This document shows, in pieces, positions 46,024 through 56,271 of a stretch of 64,000 nt of DNA (position 1 is the stretch's first letter; each line of letters begins with the position of its first letter). This stretch comes from Candidatus Poribacteria bacterium (GTDB lineage: Bacteria; Poribacteria; WGA-4E; WGA-3G), in contig OZ244563.1 of the NCBI GenBank assembly GCA_965217715.1, positions 3,493,083 through 3,557,082 on the forward strand, read 5' to 3'. Both the position numbers and the translations under genes were made by a program. The notes below the pieces were generated by a model. It saw only the letters and a program-made list of their open reading frames with translations. It searched no databases and was not told the origin of the DNA.

Positions 46024-47668
46024 GTCTCAAATCTAAAATGTCCACAACGCCATCAAGGTTGACATCCTCACGTAGCCGTGGCACACCAACAATAACGTTG
46101 ATATTTTTAAAAAAGAAGGGGAGGCGTTCACCTTCACTATCAACGATAACTGCTTCAGGCAAGGTTAGGGTTGATTCTTTAATAGCAATAAATTCAAACG
46201 TCAAGGTTGCGAGGGTACCATCACCGCTGCTGCTGTCAGCGAGAGAAGTTGCACCGAGTATCACTTCATTCCCTTCAATGACTGGGTCCACAAAAAACGA
46301 GTCATCTGGTAAGTAGTCGCCGTTGTAACTGTTCACATAGCGGAGTGCTGTCGAATCAAAAATTACCTTGGCTTGAAACCCAGTGACGTTTCCACCTTTA
46401 GTAATGTCAATGTTAAGTGTTAACTGGTCTCCGATAGCTGGAGCATCTACTGGTAAAACAGTAATACCTACGCGGGTATCAATAACCTTCCATAAGCGGA
46501 CGGTGTTATCATCACCCCCACTTGCAAGTGTTTGTCCATCCGGACTGAAGACTACGCTATTGATGCCTTCTGTATGTCCTACAAGAGTTGAATTTAGCGT
46601 TCCTGTTCCCACATCCCATAAGCGAACGGTGTTATCATAATCCGTACTTGCGAGTGTCTGCCCATCTGGACTGAAAACCCCCAAACCTGTTGTGATAGAA
46701 AACTTGGGTATGCCTGTTTCCACATCCCACAAGCGGATGGTGTTGTTAGATACCATATTCAACAGCATTTGTCCATCCGGACTGAACTCAATGGTCCAAA
46801 CACTATACGTTGGGAGTGTGTGCTTGAGCGTGCCTGTTTCTACGTCCCACAGTCGGATGGTTTTGTCACTACTTGCACTTGCGAGCGTCTTTCCATCCGG
46901 ACTGAACTCAACATTCGCGACATGCCCTGTATGTTCAGCGAGTGTATGCTTGAGTGTGCCTGTTTCAACATCCCACAAGTGGATTGTGTTTTCATCACTA
47001 TCTGTACTTACGAGTGTCTGTCCATCCGGACTGAACTCAACACTCAAGCTCCAGACATTATTCGTTGGGAGTGTATGCTTGAGTGTGCCTGTTTCCATAT
47101 CCCACAGGTGAATAGTGTTACTATCACGACTCCAACTTGCAAGCGTTTGCCCATCAGGACTGAAGAATGCTGAACTAACATTCTCCGCAGTGAGTGTGTG
47201 CTTGAGTGTGCCTGTTTCAACATCCCATAGATGGATGGTGTTATCATTATCTATATTCGCAATCATCTGCATATCCGTGCTAAATGCCGCTCTGCTGTAT
47301 GTGAATGGAAGCTTCTTCTCTCCTGTGGCAACATCCCACAGATAGTAAGTAGAGGGATTCCCACTCCTACTTAACAGGGTCTGTCCATTCGGACTGAACG
47401 CTACGCTATAGACATTACCTGAATGCCCTTCAAGAGTATGCAGGAGGATTCCTGTCTCAACATTCCACAAGCGGACGACATCGTCTTTTTTCTCCCAAAA
47501 ATTACCACTTTCACTTACAGCTGCAAGTATGCTACCATCCGGACTGAACGCTACACTATAGACATTACTACCACTATACCTTTCAAGGACGGTGTGTGCA
47601 ATATCTTGTGCGAAGGTGTTTAGGGAAAACAAGGTTAAAAGAATAAGTATCGTTAAGTTTGTTTTCAT
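45950..47668 (-). CDS. Secreted WD40 beta-propeller / cohesin-like / dockerin repeat-1 protein (N-terminal part of a frameshifted gene)
   Basis: Signal peptide. At least 10 WD40 repeats, many nearly identical (TIHLWDVETGTLKHTL). Cohesin-like block (GDQLTLNIDITKGG ... GDGTLATLTFEF). First dockerin repeat DVNLDGVVDILDL. The frame ends 9 codons after FGKTG. Confidence 0.7.
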   Translation of the reverse strand: MKTNLTILILLTLFSLNTFAQDIAHTVLERYSGSNVYSVAFSPDGSILAAVSESGNFWEKKDDVVRLWNVETGILLHTLEGHSGNVYSVAFSPNGQTLLSRSGNPSTYYLWDVATGEKKLPFTYSRAAFSTDMQMIANIDNDNTIHLWDVETGTLKHTLTAENVSSAFFSPDGQTLASWSRDSNTIHLWDMETGTLKHTLPTNNVWSLSVEFSPDGQTLVSTDSDENTIHLWDVETGTLKHTLAEHTGHVANVEFSPDGKTLASASSDKTIRLWDVETGTLKHTLPTYSVWTIEFSPDGQMLLNMVSNNTIRLWDVETGIPKFSITTGLGVFSPDGQTLASTDYDNTVRLWDVGTGTLNSTLVGHTEGINSVVFSPDGQTLASGGDDNTVRLWKVIDTRVGITVLPVDAPAIGDQLTLNIDITKGGNVTGFQAKVIFDSTALRYVNSYNGDYLPDDSFFVDPVIEGNEVILGATSLADSSSGDGTLATLTFEFIAIKESTLTLPEAVIVDSEGERLPFFFKNINVIVGVPRLREDVNLDGVVDILDLRLVAASFGKTGRQATASREHPWRCQ

Positions 47669-48005
47669 AGGTGAGTTGTCCTTTAGGATTTACATTTCAG
47701 ATTTAATGTGTTCAAATCTCCTTTACCTAAAGCTTGAACAGTTTTTGGAATGTCTAAGTTGCTACGATAATAACGGATTCTGACGAATAAGTCAAGTGAA
47801 ATCCGTCTCACCGTATAAAATCGGGGTTGAAAACCCCTCCAACAATAAGAAATATCCTTAATCCGTCCGTAGTCTTTTTTAGTAACGAAAACTACAAAAT
47901 TTCCGTTTTATATCATGCTTTAAATCCTAAAGAAAAATCAAATTTCCGCATATTATAGGGGAGTTTGCGGACTACATCATTGTAAGTAGGAAGAGGAGTA
48001 AATTC

Positions 48006-49448
48006 ATGAAACCGTGTTTTGTCTGGATGACAATTCTATTGTTAGCAGTCCTATCCTCAGGCTGCACTACCATACCAAGTTATAATGAATTAGCGGATCG
48101 ACATTACGACTATACAAGCGGAGAAAAAAACGTAACTCTTGATGAATGGCGGACACTAATATCTGAGTTTGAGAACGTCATTCGCATGGATTCGGAAAGT
48201 GCATCGGCAAATGACGCACAATATGCTATCGCTTCCTGCTGGGTTTGGCGCATTAAAGCAGGGGATTCAGAAGCACCGCAACGAGCCGTTGCATCATTTC
48301 GAAGATTGATTTACACCTATCCCGATTCGGAGCATTTGCCCCAGGCTCACTTTTGGATTGCTCGCTGCTACACGCTGATAGGCGATTCTGCCCGTGCAGC
48401 ACATCACTACCAAATTGTCACAAACCGATATGCCGATACAGATATAGCAGCAGAGGCGCAGTTGGAGTTGGGACGCACTTATGCAGAACATGGCTACAAA
48501 ACACGTGCCGAAACGCTTTACGTTGATATTGTTGAGTCTGCAACGCAAAAAGAAATAGTGTCCACCGCATCTGAAGAACTTAAGAAACTGAAAACACCAC
48601 AGAATCCCGTAACAATACCTGATAAAACCCCTTCTCAACCGAAAACTGAACTCCAACCAAAAGTAAAGCCTGAACCCCCTACCGCTGAACCAGAGGCGTT
48701 AACGCCAGGATCCCTTACACGTGAATTCGGATTAACTGCTAAGACGATTGTGATAGACCCTGGGCATGGCGGAAAAGATCCAGGAGGAGGCAGCGATGGA
48801 GATATAATAGAAAAACCTATTGTACTTAGCATTTCAAAGAAAATTGGGGCGATTTTAACCGCAAAAGGTTACACGGTTCTGCTAACACGAGATACTGATC
48901 GCTTTATTCCGTTAAAGGAGCGAACAGCGTTTGCAACCAGACACAAGGCAGACCTATTTTTGAGTGTCCATGCAAATGCAAGTGGAAACCCGAAAGCCAA
49001 CGGTATTGAAACCTACTATTTGGATGTAAAGAACACAGATAAAAACTCGGAAATCATCGCAGCGCGAGAAAATGCAAACTCAGGCTATAGCATACAGGAA
49101 TTGGAATCGCTTCTAAAAGGGTTGATAGTAGAGAGTAAAAGTAAGGATAGCCGTCGATTGGCAAAATATGTGCAGCAGGAATTGGTTGCAGCAACAGGGG
49201 CAGCAGACCGTGGTGTAAAACATGCACGTTTCGTGGTGCTTATCGGAACGAGTGTTCCCGCTATCCTGATTGAGGCTGGATTTGTAACAAATCCAACGGA
49301 AGGAAATAAACTTACATCGGACGCTTATCAACAAAAAGTAGCCGCTGCTGTCGTCCGAGGCGTTGAAAAGTTTTTAGGGAATACTGGACAAATCAGCCAA
49401 GATAATTCTGGTCAACCCAATAAGTATTTTGCAACGACAGAACGTTAG
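48006..49448 (+). CDS. N-acetylmuramoyl-L-alanine amidase (AmiC-like) with N-terminal TPR (YbgF/BamD-like) domain; lipoprotein
   Basis: Lipobox LSSGC. TPR-like N-domain. Amidase_3 blocks VIDPGHGGKDPGG, LSVHANAS and ETYYL. A P/T/E-rich linker joins the two domains. Confidence 0.8.
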   Translation: MKPCFVWMTILLLAVLSSGCTTIPSYNELADRHYDYTSGEKNVTLDEWRTLISEFENVIRMDSESASANDAQYAIASCWVWRIKAGDSEAPQRAVASFRRLIYTYPDSEHLPQAHFWIARCYTLIGDSARAAHHYQIVTNRYADTDIAAEAQLELGRTYAEHGYKTRAETLYVDIVESATQKEIVSTASEELKKLKTPQNPVTIPDKTPSQPKTELQPKVKPEPPTAEPEALTPGSLTREFGLTAKTIVIDPGHGGKDPGGGSDGDIIEKPIVLSISKKIGAILTAKGYTVLLTRDTDRFIPLKERTAFATRHKADLFLSVHANASGNPKANGIETYYLDVKNTDKNSEIIAARENANSGYSIQELESLLKGLIVESKSKDSRRLAKYVQQELVAATGAADRGVKHARFVVLIGTSVPAILIEAGFVTNPTEGNKLTSDAYQQKVAAAVVRGVEKFLGNTGQISQDNSGQPNKYFATTER

Positions 49449-49484
49449 GTAAACGGATAAAGATGTGAAAACCGACAAACCATT

Positions 49485-51530
49485 TTGCTGGGGAAACCGG
49501 TTATGTTATCTGAAATAATGCATCGGAAAAAGTTATGGTTCAAAACCTTTTCCACGCATATTATATTTATTCTCGTTTGCTGGAGTGGGGTGATAGCCGA
49601 CATTGCTGCACAACAGGCAGATATTGCCATCCTATTACCATCAACAGCGTCTGGTGTCCCAGAAAGTGATGTGAACTATGCACGTTCTGTCAGCAGGCGT
49701 TTTGTCCGCATGTTAAAAAGCATCGGTTTTTCGGCAGATCAATTGGAAGAGTCATCTGCTGCGGATGTGCCTCGCTTGCAGAACACATCTTCTAATCCGT
49801 ATCGGTTGATAATCCTTCCACTTAATCCAAAAATCACCCCAAAAACAGCCACTCTTCTGCAGCGTTATGTGGCTCATGGCGGAAAACTTTTTGTAACCTA
49901 TAACCTTGCGGATGAGGTCGCATCGCTTCTGAATTTACACAGTATAAAATGGATGCGCCAAGAAGCCTCTGGTCAGTTCGCTTCCATTCAATTTGATGCA
50001 CCTGAAATTTTAGGTATCCCGAAATTTGTCCGGCAAGCATCGTGGAATATCACGGTGGTAGAATCTACCGATCCACAAACAAAAATTATCGGACAGTGGC
50101 ACAATGCAGAGGGTAAATCGACCGGATATCCTGCCTTTTTCTTAAGTGAAGCAGGTGTATTTTTTAGCCATGTTTTCCTTCCTGACGATATCCGAACCAA
50201 AACGCAGCTCCTCGCGGCACTTCTCGGACATCTTGTTCCTGAATTTCAGCATGCAATCGCAAAACGTGAATTGGAAGCGATGACGACCTTCGGACACATC
50301 AATAGCCTTGACACCTTAACGAAATTTGTAGGGTATGGCGGGATTTCTGAAGCAAAACAAGCGTTACAAACGGGAAAGACCTTGACGACGCAAGCACGAA
50401 CTGAATACGCACGCGAGGATTATTACGAAGCGATGACCGCAGCACGTGAGAGTCGAGATGCACTTTCAAAAGCATATTTTCTATCTCACTTGAGCGATGA
50501 AACGGAAGGACGCGCTTTATGGAATCATTCAGGACTTGGGGCATACCCTGGCGACTGGGAACGTTCTACTAAGGAATTGGCTGCTGCGGGTATTAACATG
50601 ATTTTTCCGAATATGGCATGGGGAGGTTTAGCCCATTACGATAGCAGCATCTTGCCTCAGAGTGCAAAGTTTACAAAATATGGAGACCAAATTGCGCAAT
50701 GCGTTAAGGCAGCGCATAAGCACAAGTTGGAAGTCCATGTATGGAAGATCACTTGGAATTTGGAAGGTGCACCGAAAGAATTTGTGGAAGAACTGCGAAA
50801 TGCCGGACGCACGCAAGTTTCGGCAACGGGCGACCCGATCAATTGGCTTTGCCCTTCTAATCCAGAAAACGTGCTGTTGGAATTGAATGCTATCACGGAA
50901 ATCGTGCAGAACTACGATGTTGACGGTATCCACCTCGATTATATACGTTATCCGGGGAGCCGAGCTTGCTATTGTGATGAATGCCATAAAAGATTCATGC
51001 TTGCGACACGACAACATATTCAGGAATGGCCCACGTCTGTGTTACCAAGAACGGGACAACACGGGAAAGCGTATATTGAATGGCGCGCGCAACAGATAAC
51101 CCGCTTAGTACGCTTGATCCACAAACGCACACGTGAGATAAAACCGAACATAAAGATTTCAACTGCAGTTTTTGGTGCCTATCCTGACTGTGTAACATCT
51201 ATTGGGCAGGATTGGATTGCGTGGGCAAAAGCAGGCTATGTCGATTTTGTTTGCCCTATGAACTATACTGAAGACACCAAATATTTCACCGACCTGTTAG
51301 AGAAGCAGCTTGCACTTATGCCGAAAGATGTGGCAATTTATCCGGGTATCGGTGCAACTGCATCTAATTCTCTCCTTACACCCGATGCCGTAATTGGACA
51401 GATTCATCTGGCACGCTTTTTAGGTGCGTCCGGTTGGACAATTTTCGATTATACTGTCAATATATCAGATACCATCCTACCTGCTATTCAAATGGGTGTC
51501 GGTAAACGAAAAGCTGAACCTGTACATTGA
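49485..51530 (+). CDS. Glycoside hydrolase-like family 10 (GHL10/PF02638, YngK-like) protein
   Basis: DGIHLDYIRYP is the signature of PF02638. Secreted N-terminus. A CYCDECHKRF Cys pair. Confidence 0.6.
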   Translation: MLGKPVMLSEIMHRKKLWFKTFSTHIIFILVCWSGVIADIAAQQADIAILLPSTASGVPESDVNYARSVSRRFVRMLKSIGFSADQLEESSAADVPRLQNTSSNPYRLIILPLNPKITPKTATLLQRYVAHGGKLFVTYNLADEVASLLNLHSIKWMRQEASGQFASIQFDAPEILGIPKFVRQASWNITVVESTDPQTKIIGQWHNAEGKSTGYPAFFLSEAGVFFSHVFLPDDIRTKTQLLAALLGHLVPEFQHAIAKRELEAMTTFGHINSLDTLTKFVGYGGISEAKQALQTGKTLTTQARTEYAREDYYEAMTAARESRDALSKAYFLSHLSDETEGRALWNHSGLGAYPGDWERSTKELAAAGINMIFPNMAWGGLAHYDSSILPQSAKFTKYGDQIAQCVKAAHKHKLEVHVWKITWNLEGAPKEFVEELRNAGRTQVSATGDPINWLCPSNPENVLLELNAITEIVQNYDVDGIHLDYIRYPGSRACYCDECHKRFMLATRQHIQEWPTSVLPRTGQHGKAYIEWRAQQITRLVRLIHKRTREIKPNIKISTAVFGAYPDCVTSIGQDWIAWAKAGYVDFVCPMNYTEDTKYFTDLLEKQLALMPKDVAIYPGIGATASNSLLTPDAVIGQIHLARFLGASGWTIFDYTVNISDTILPAIQMGVGKRKAEPVH

Positions 51531-51660
51531 TATTATTCTTGCTTGTTCTCCTAAAATCATTTGGCAATGTGGTTAGGTTTAGCTGCCTCAAACTCAGATT
51601 ACCAAATCTACTTGACCGTTACTGAAAAATAATGTAAACTAAAGTGAGTCGAGGTATCGT

Positions 51661-51957
51661 ATGTGGCATGTTACCGACAAATGGGGTAACCACATTGAGT
51701 TGACAGATGAAAGATGGCAACACATCCTTGAAAATCATTGGGAATTGAGACACTATCTCAATGAGGTGCTTTTAACCGTCCGAACTGGTAGAAGAAAACA
51801 GGCACCGATGGATCCTTATAAATACACATATTATAAGGATTTTGACAACCTTCCTCACAATTATACTCGCATTGTTGTTATTGTAAAATTAATTCGGAAC
51901 AACTTCATTATCACCGCATATCCTATAAGAAAAAGGAATTCAGATGAATCACAATAA
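51661..51957 (+). CDS. DUF4258-family protein (putative toxin of a DUF4258/DUF2283 pair)
   Basis: MWHVTDKWGNHIELTDERWQHILENH ... pattern. Overlaps the next gene by 14 nt. Confidence 0.45.
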   Translation: MWHVTDKWGNHIELTDERWQHILENHWELRHYLNEVLLTVRTGRRKQAPMDPYKYTYYKDFDNLPHNYTRIVVIVKLIRNNFIITAYPIRKRNSDESQ

Positions 51958-52198
51958 AGAGGGGCTTAAAATTGTCTATGATCAGGAAGCTGATGTGCTT
52001 TATGTAACGCGAGGTCAACCCGAATATACAGACTACGTTGAATACGCTGATGATTTGATTCTGCGGTTTCACCCTGAGACTAAACAACTTGTGGGATTCA
52101 CACTTGTTGATTTTTCGCAAAACTTCGCTAAAAAAGACTCGGACATCACGCTGCCCTTCGGCGTTGATTTTCAAATGCATGGCGAGTTACCCACTTGA
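51944..52198 (+). CDS. DUF2283-family protein (putative antitoxin partner)
   Basis: LKIVYDQEADVLYVTRGQ is the DUF2283 YD.EAD.LYI signature. Confidence 0.5.
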   Translation: MNHNKEGLKIVYDQEADVLYVTRGQPEYTDYVEYADDLILRFHPETKQLVGFTLVDFSQNFAKKDSDITLPFGVDFQMHGELPT

Positions 52199-52231
52199 AC
52201 ACAGATTGACAGTAAAAGGAGATTTTTCAGC

Positions 52232-53692
52232 ATGGCTCAAAAACCGAATATCTTATTTCTTCAGAGTGATGAACACAGTCCACACGCTATCGGATGTGAA
52301 GGCAACGAAATTGTGCAGACCCCACATTTTGATCGGCTTGCGGGATCCGGCACATACTTCGATGGAGCATATTGCCAATTTCCGCTTTGTACTCCCTCAC
52401 GGATGTGTATGCTAACAGGGAAATATGCGCATCGTTGCTCCGCTTGGAATAACGGTTCAATCCTGTACCCTGAACATCTCACGATGCCAGCACATTTTTC
52501 AGAACACGGGTATGCCACCGCGCTTGTTGGAAAGATGCACTTTGGTGGGAAAGAACAGCACAACGGATTCCAATCGCGTCCGTACGGTGATCTACGTGGA
52601 CGTGCCGGACATCAACGTGATCCACTACGGGGCAACAAGAATCGTACGAAGGATGCGGGGGTGACAGAAATTCCATCGAGCCTTCTGCAAGAACGGGTGG
52701 TCAACGAAGAAACGATAGAATACTTAAGGTCTCAACCTGCTGACCAACCGTGGTTTTTGCTTGCAAGTTATAGTCGTCCTCACTTTCCGCTTACCGCGCC
52801 AAAACGGCTTCTTGACAAATACTATCCCGATAATGTGGACATGCCCAATATCCCGCCGGGACACTTGGAACAGACACATCGCTATGCAAAAGGTCTACGA
52901 AAGAATTTCAACACAGCAGCCATTACAGAGGAAGAGACGCGGAAAGCCCGCGCGGCTTACTATGCCTGCTGCGAATTTCTGGATGAATGTGTCGGCGATT
53001 TACTGACGATCTTAGAACGCGATGGTCTGTTAGAGAACACAATTATCGTTTATACTACCGACCACGGTGAAATGGCTGGCGAGCATGGACAATGGTGGAA
53101 ATCCAGTTATTATGAAGCAGCAGCACGGGTTCCTCTCATTATATACGATTCACGATCAGAAGACACACACGGCACGCGTGTCAATGCTCCCGTTGAATTG
53201 AACGACCTTTTCCCAACTTTATGTGCAAGGGCAGGTATACCGATACCTGATGACCTGGACGGTTTGGACTTATCAAATCTGATGGCTGGAAATTCGGATG
53301 GTTGGCGAAACACCGCAATCAGCGAATACTGGGCAAATCAAACAACTGGACCGATGCGTATGTTGAGAACACCTCGTTATAAATACGTCGCTTTTCCCGA
53401 AGATGAATCCATCTTGTTTGATTTAGAAAATGACCCTGACGAATTTGAGAATCTTGCTGGAAAACCTGAACATCGTGAAGTGGAAGCATCCCTACATGAA
53501 CAACTCATGGAAGGATTCTCTTGGGAAGCTGTCCAGCAAAAGAAAGATGATGACAAAGAACGCAGTAAAGATTGGACAGCACCGTGGGGCGGTGGCACCC
53601 CAAATCAGTATACGTTGCCTGATGGCAGAATTGTAGATGCAGAACTCTGTCTCTATAATCCCGTTCTCCGTGATGAGACTGATGAAAATTAA
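52232..53692 (+). CDS. Sulfatase (formylglycine-dependent)
   Basis: ILFLQSDEHS ... CTPSR ... GKMHFGG ... TTDHGE blocks. Confidence 0.9.
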   Translation: MAQKPNILFLQSDEHSPHAIGCEGNEIVQTPHFDRLAGSGTYFDGAYCQFPLCTPSRMCMLTGKYAHRCSAWNNGSILYPEHLTMPAHFSEHGYATALVGKMHFGGKEQHNGFQSRPYGDLRGRAGHQRDPLRGNKNRTKDAGVTEIPSSLLQERVVNEETIEYLRSQPADQPWFLLASYSRPHFPLTAPKRLLDKYYPDNVDMPNIPPGHLEQTHRYAKGLRKNFNTAAITEEETRKARAAYYACCEFLDECVGDLLTILERDGLLENTIIVYTTDHGEMAGEHGQWWKSSYYEAAARVPLIIYDSRSEDTHGTRVNAPVELNDLFPTLCARAGIPIPDDLDGLDLSNLMAGNSDGWRNTAISEYWANQTTGPMRMLRTPRYKYVAFPEDESILFDLENDPDEFENLAGKPEHREVEASLHEQLMEGFSWEAVQQKKDDDKERSKDWTAPWGGGTPNQYTLPDGRIVDAELCLYNPVLRDETDEN

Positions 53693-53936
53693 GAAAGATA
53701 TAGTGAATTATGAAAATGAATGTACATGTTGTAACCCGCATGCACAGGAATTCCCCCTCGGTAGGCGAGGTTTCCTAACCTCACCTATTCTAAAGTGTCT
53801 CGTTAATTTTAAAATCTATCATAGTTAGGTGCTGGTGTGTAAGCGCGGTGAGAAAGAAGCTGCTTTGCACCGCGCCATACGGTTCAATCCATATCATAAT
53901 GTTTTGAACCGATATACATCGTATGGAACTTGATAT

Positions 53937-55904
53937 ATGCCTCGCCGCCCAAAAATCCGATTCTCTGCTATCCTTGTAGGACTGTTTTTAGTAGGGGGAA
54001 TGTGTGCAATCACCCCCTACAACAACTATTTTTTAGAGAATTCAAGGATTGCGGGTAATCACCTCCCTGTTGGCTCAATCTTTGGGCTGCTCCTGCTTGT
54101 GTTCGTTGTCAATCTACCCTTACGCCTGTTGACACGAAGCAGCCGCTTTTCATTTTCCGCCCTTGAATTAACAGTCATTTGGATGATGCTGATTGTCGCA
54201 GTCGGCATTCCTTCAATGGGATTGATGCAGTTCCTGCTACCTTGTCTCGTCGCGCTGCGTTATTTTACTACTCCCGAAAACGATTGGGCGGAGACACTCC
54301 AACCACACATCCCAGAATGGTTAATCGTCACGGATACACAAGCCGTAACAGATTTTTATGAAGGACTTTCACCGGGTGGTAGCGTTCCGTGGTCACCTTG
54401 GATCAAACCGCTCCTTATCTGGGGGCTTTTTGTTTTCGTTTTCTATTTCACAACGATCTGCCTTTCCACAATCCTCCGAAAGCAGTGGATTGAACGCGAA
54501 CGGTTCTCATTTCCCTTGGTCCAGATTCCAGTGCAACTCGCAGCGCAGCCCGAACAGGGAACACTCCTAAACGCTTTTTTCAAAAACAAATTATTATGGG
54601 TAGGCATGACGTTACCGATGTTAATACATTTTCTCAACGGACTGCATGCCCATTTTCCAACAGTGCCAGAAATCCCATTGATCTATAATATCCACCGCGC
54701 CTTTACCGAGAAACCGTGGCACACGCTCAGTTGGTGGCCAGCCATGAACATCGCCATCTATTTTTCAGTTATCGGTGTGGCTGCGTTACTTACGCTTGAA
54801 GTGTCCTTTAGTCTATGGTTTTTCTTTCTCTTTTTCAAACTCCAGTACATTATTATGAATGCAACAGGTGTCGGAATCGGTCCGTGGGTGAGTTGTAGCC
54901 GTCAAGTGATGGGAGGTTATCTTATCTTTGTCCCTGCAGTTTTTTGGGGTGGACGAGAACATATCGCATCAATTTTCAGGAAAACATTCGGGTTGCATAG
55001 TAAACAAACAAATATCGCGGGAGATAGACGTTTGATAGACGATTCTGATGAACCGCTGTCGTATCGCTTGGCACTGCTCGGATTTCTACTCGGATTTGTC
55101 ACCCTTGTTGCGTTTTTTGTGATTGCTGGCATAACAACTTGGGTGGCGGTGGTCACGCTGCTCTCAATCTTCGTAACCTCTGTTGTGTTATCATGGATGG
55201 TAGTAAACGGTGGACTACTGTTGGTGCAAGCCCCTTTCTTTCCAGCAGATTACATTAATTTCACACTCGGATCGGGGGTAATGGGACAAAAAAGCTTGGC
55301 TGTACTCAGTTTTCAGCGTACTTTTCTACGGGATTGGGGAGAATTCATGATGCCGAACTTCTTGCACAGTTTTAAAGCAGCCGATGAAGTTCAATTGGTC
55401 CGCCGCCGAATCGTTCCAATACTCGCCATCTCAATCGTTGTTGCTATCCTCGTTTCCGTTTACGCTTGGTTAACGCTTGTCTATGACAAAGGCGCGCTGT
55501 TTTTACAAGGCTGGTCTTTTGTCGGTGCCCCGCGTGGCTATTTCAACAAGATGAACAAACTGATTCAATTTCCTGTTGAAACAAATTGGCTTGAAGTCTA
55601 CAGTATGATTGCGGGGGCAGGTTTTACTGGTTTCATGCTCTGGATGCGTCAAAGTTTTGTGTGGTGGTCATTGCATCCCATCGGATACCTTTTAGGTGCT
55701 ACATATCCTGCGTTTCACTTATGGTCTTCTATTTTCGTAGGATGGATGATAAAATACGTTACGCTTAAGTTTGGTGGTCCAATGACTTATCGGCGGATCC
55801 GTCCTATCGCATTTGGCTTAATTTTTGGTGAGTATGTAATGGTAGGTATCTGGATGGTCGTTGGATTTTTCAGTGGAATAGGCTATCATGCCCTACCACG
55901 TTAG
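53937..55904 (+). CDS. Large polytopic membrane protein of unknown function (paralog 2)
   Basis: 655 aa. RKQWIERERFSFPLVQIPVQL and overall collinearity with 35902..37824. Confidence 0.55.
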   Translation: MPRRPKIRFSAILVGLFLVGGMCAITPYNNYFLENSRIAGNHLPVGSIFGLLLLVFVVNLPLRLLTRSSRFSFSALELTVIWMMLIVAVGIPSMGLMQFLLPCLVALRYFTTPENDWAETLQPHIPEWLIVTDTQAVTDFYEGLSPGGSVPWSPWIKPLLIWGLFVFVFYFTTICLSTILRKQWIERERFSFPLVQIPVQLAAQPEQGTLLNAFFKNKLLWVGMTLPMLIHFLNGLHAHFPTVPEIPLIYNIHRAFTEKPWHTLSWWPAMNIAIYFSVIGVAALLTLEVSFSLWFFFLFFKLQYIIMNATGVGIGPWVSCSRQVMGGYLIFVPAVFWGGREHIASIFRKTFGLHSKQTNIAGDRRLIDDSDEPLSYRLALLGFLLGFVTLVAFFVIAGITTWVAVVTLLSIFVTSVVLSWMVVNGGLLLVQAPFFPADYINFTLGSGVMGQKSLAVLSFQRTFLRDWGEFMMPNFLHSFKAADEVQLVRRRIVPILAISIVVAILVSVYAWLTLVYDKGALFLQGWSFVGAPRGYFNKMNKLIQFPVETNWLEVYSMIAGAGFTGFMLWMRQSFVWWSLHPIGYLLGATYPAFHLWSSIFVGWMIKYVTLKFGGPMTYRRIRPIAFGLIFGEYVMVGIWMVVGFFSGIGYHALPR

Positions 55905-56271
55905 TCTAATTGTCTGAACCAGGATTTACAAGATTTTCAGGATTGAAGATGTTCACATGTAGTGTTCGGAGCGTTTACAAAGCCTCCTAAAGTTTTAACA
56001 GTAAAGTCGCGACCAGGAGGTCGCTCCTACAGGAAAAAAAGAGGCGCAATGAATTGCGCTACTACAAACACTGCAAATCTTAAGGAAATATAAGAATTTT
56101 ATAGTGAAATCTAAAAATATGTTCACACTCCCTGGTAGATGCGGTTTCCTAACCGCATTTATGGACTGAATAAACACGGTTCGGTTAGGAAACCGAACCT
56201 ACCGTAGTGTAAAAATAATTATGGGTTTTACTATAACTGTAATATAAGTTCCATTACATAGGAATCGTATC

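Noticed and set aside
46692-47345. Several plus-strand ORFs (139, 134 and 76 aa) with internally repeated peptides inside the WD40 gene
   Set aside because: They are antisense or frame-shifted readings of the near-identical WD40 repeat DNA. Their periodicity mirrors the repeat, not independent coding.
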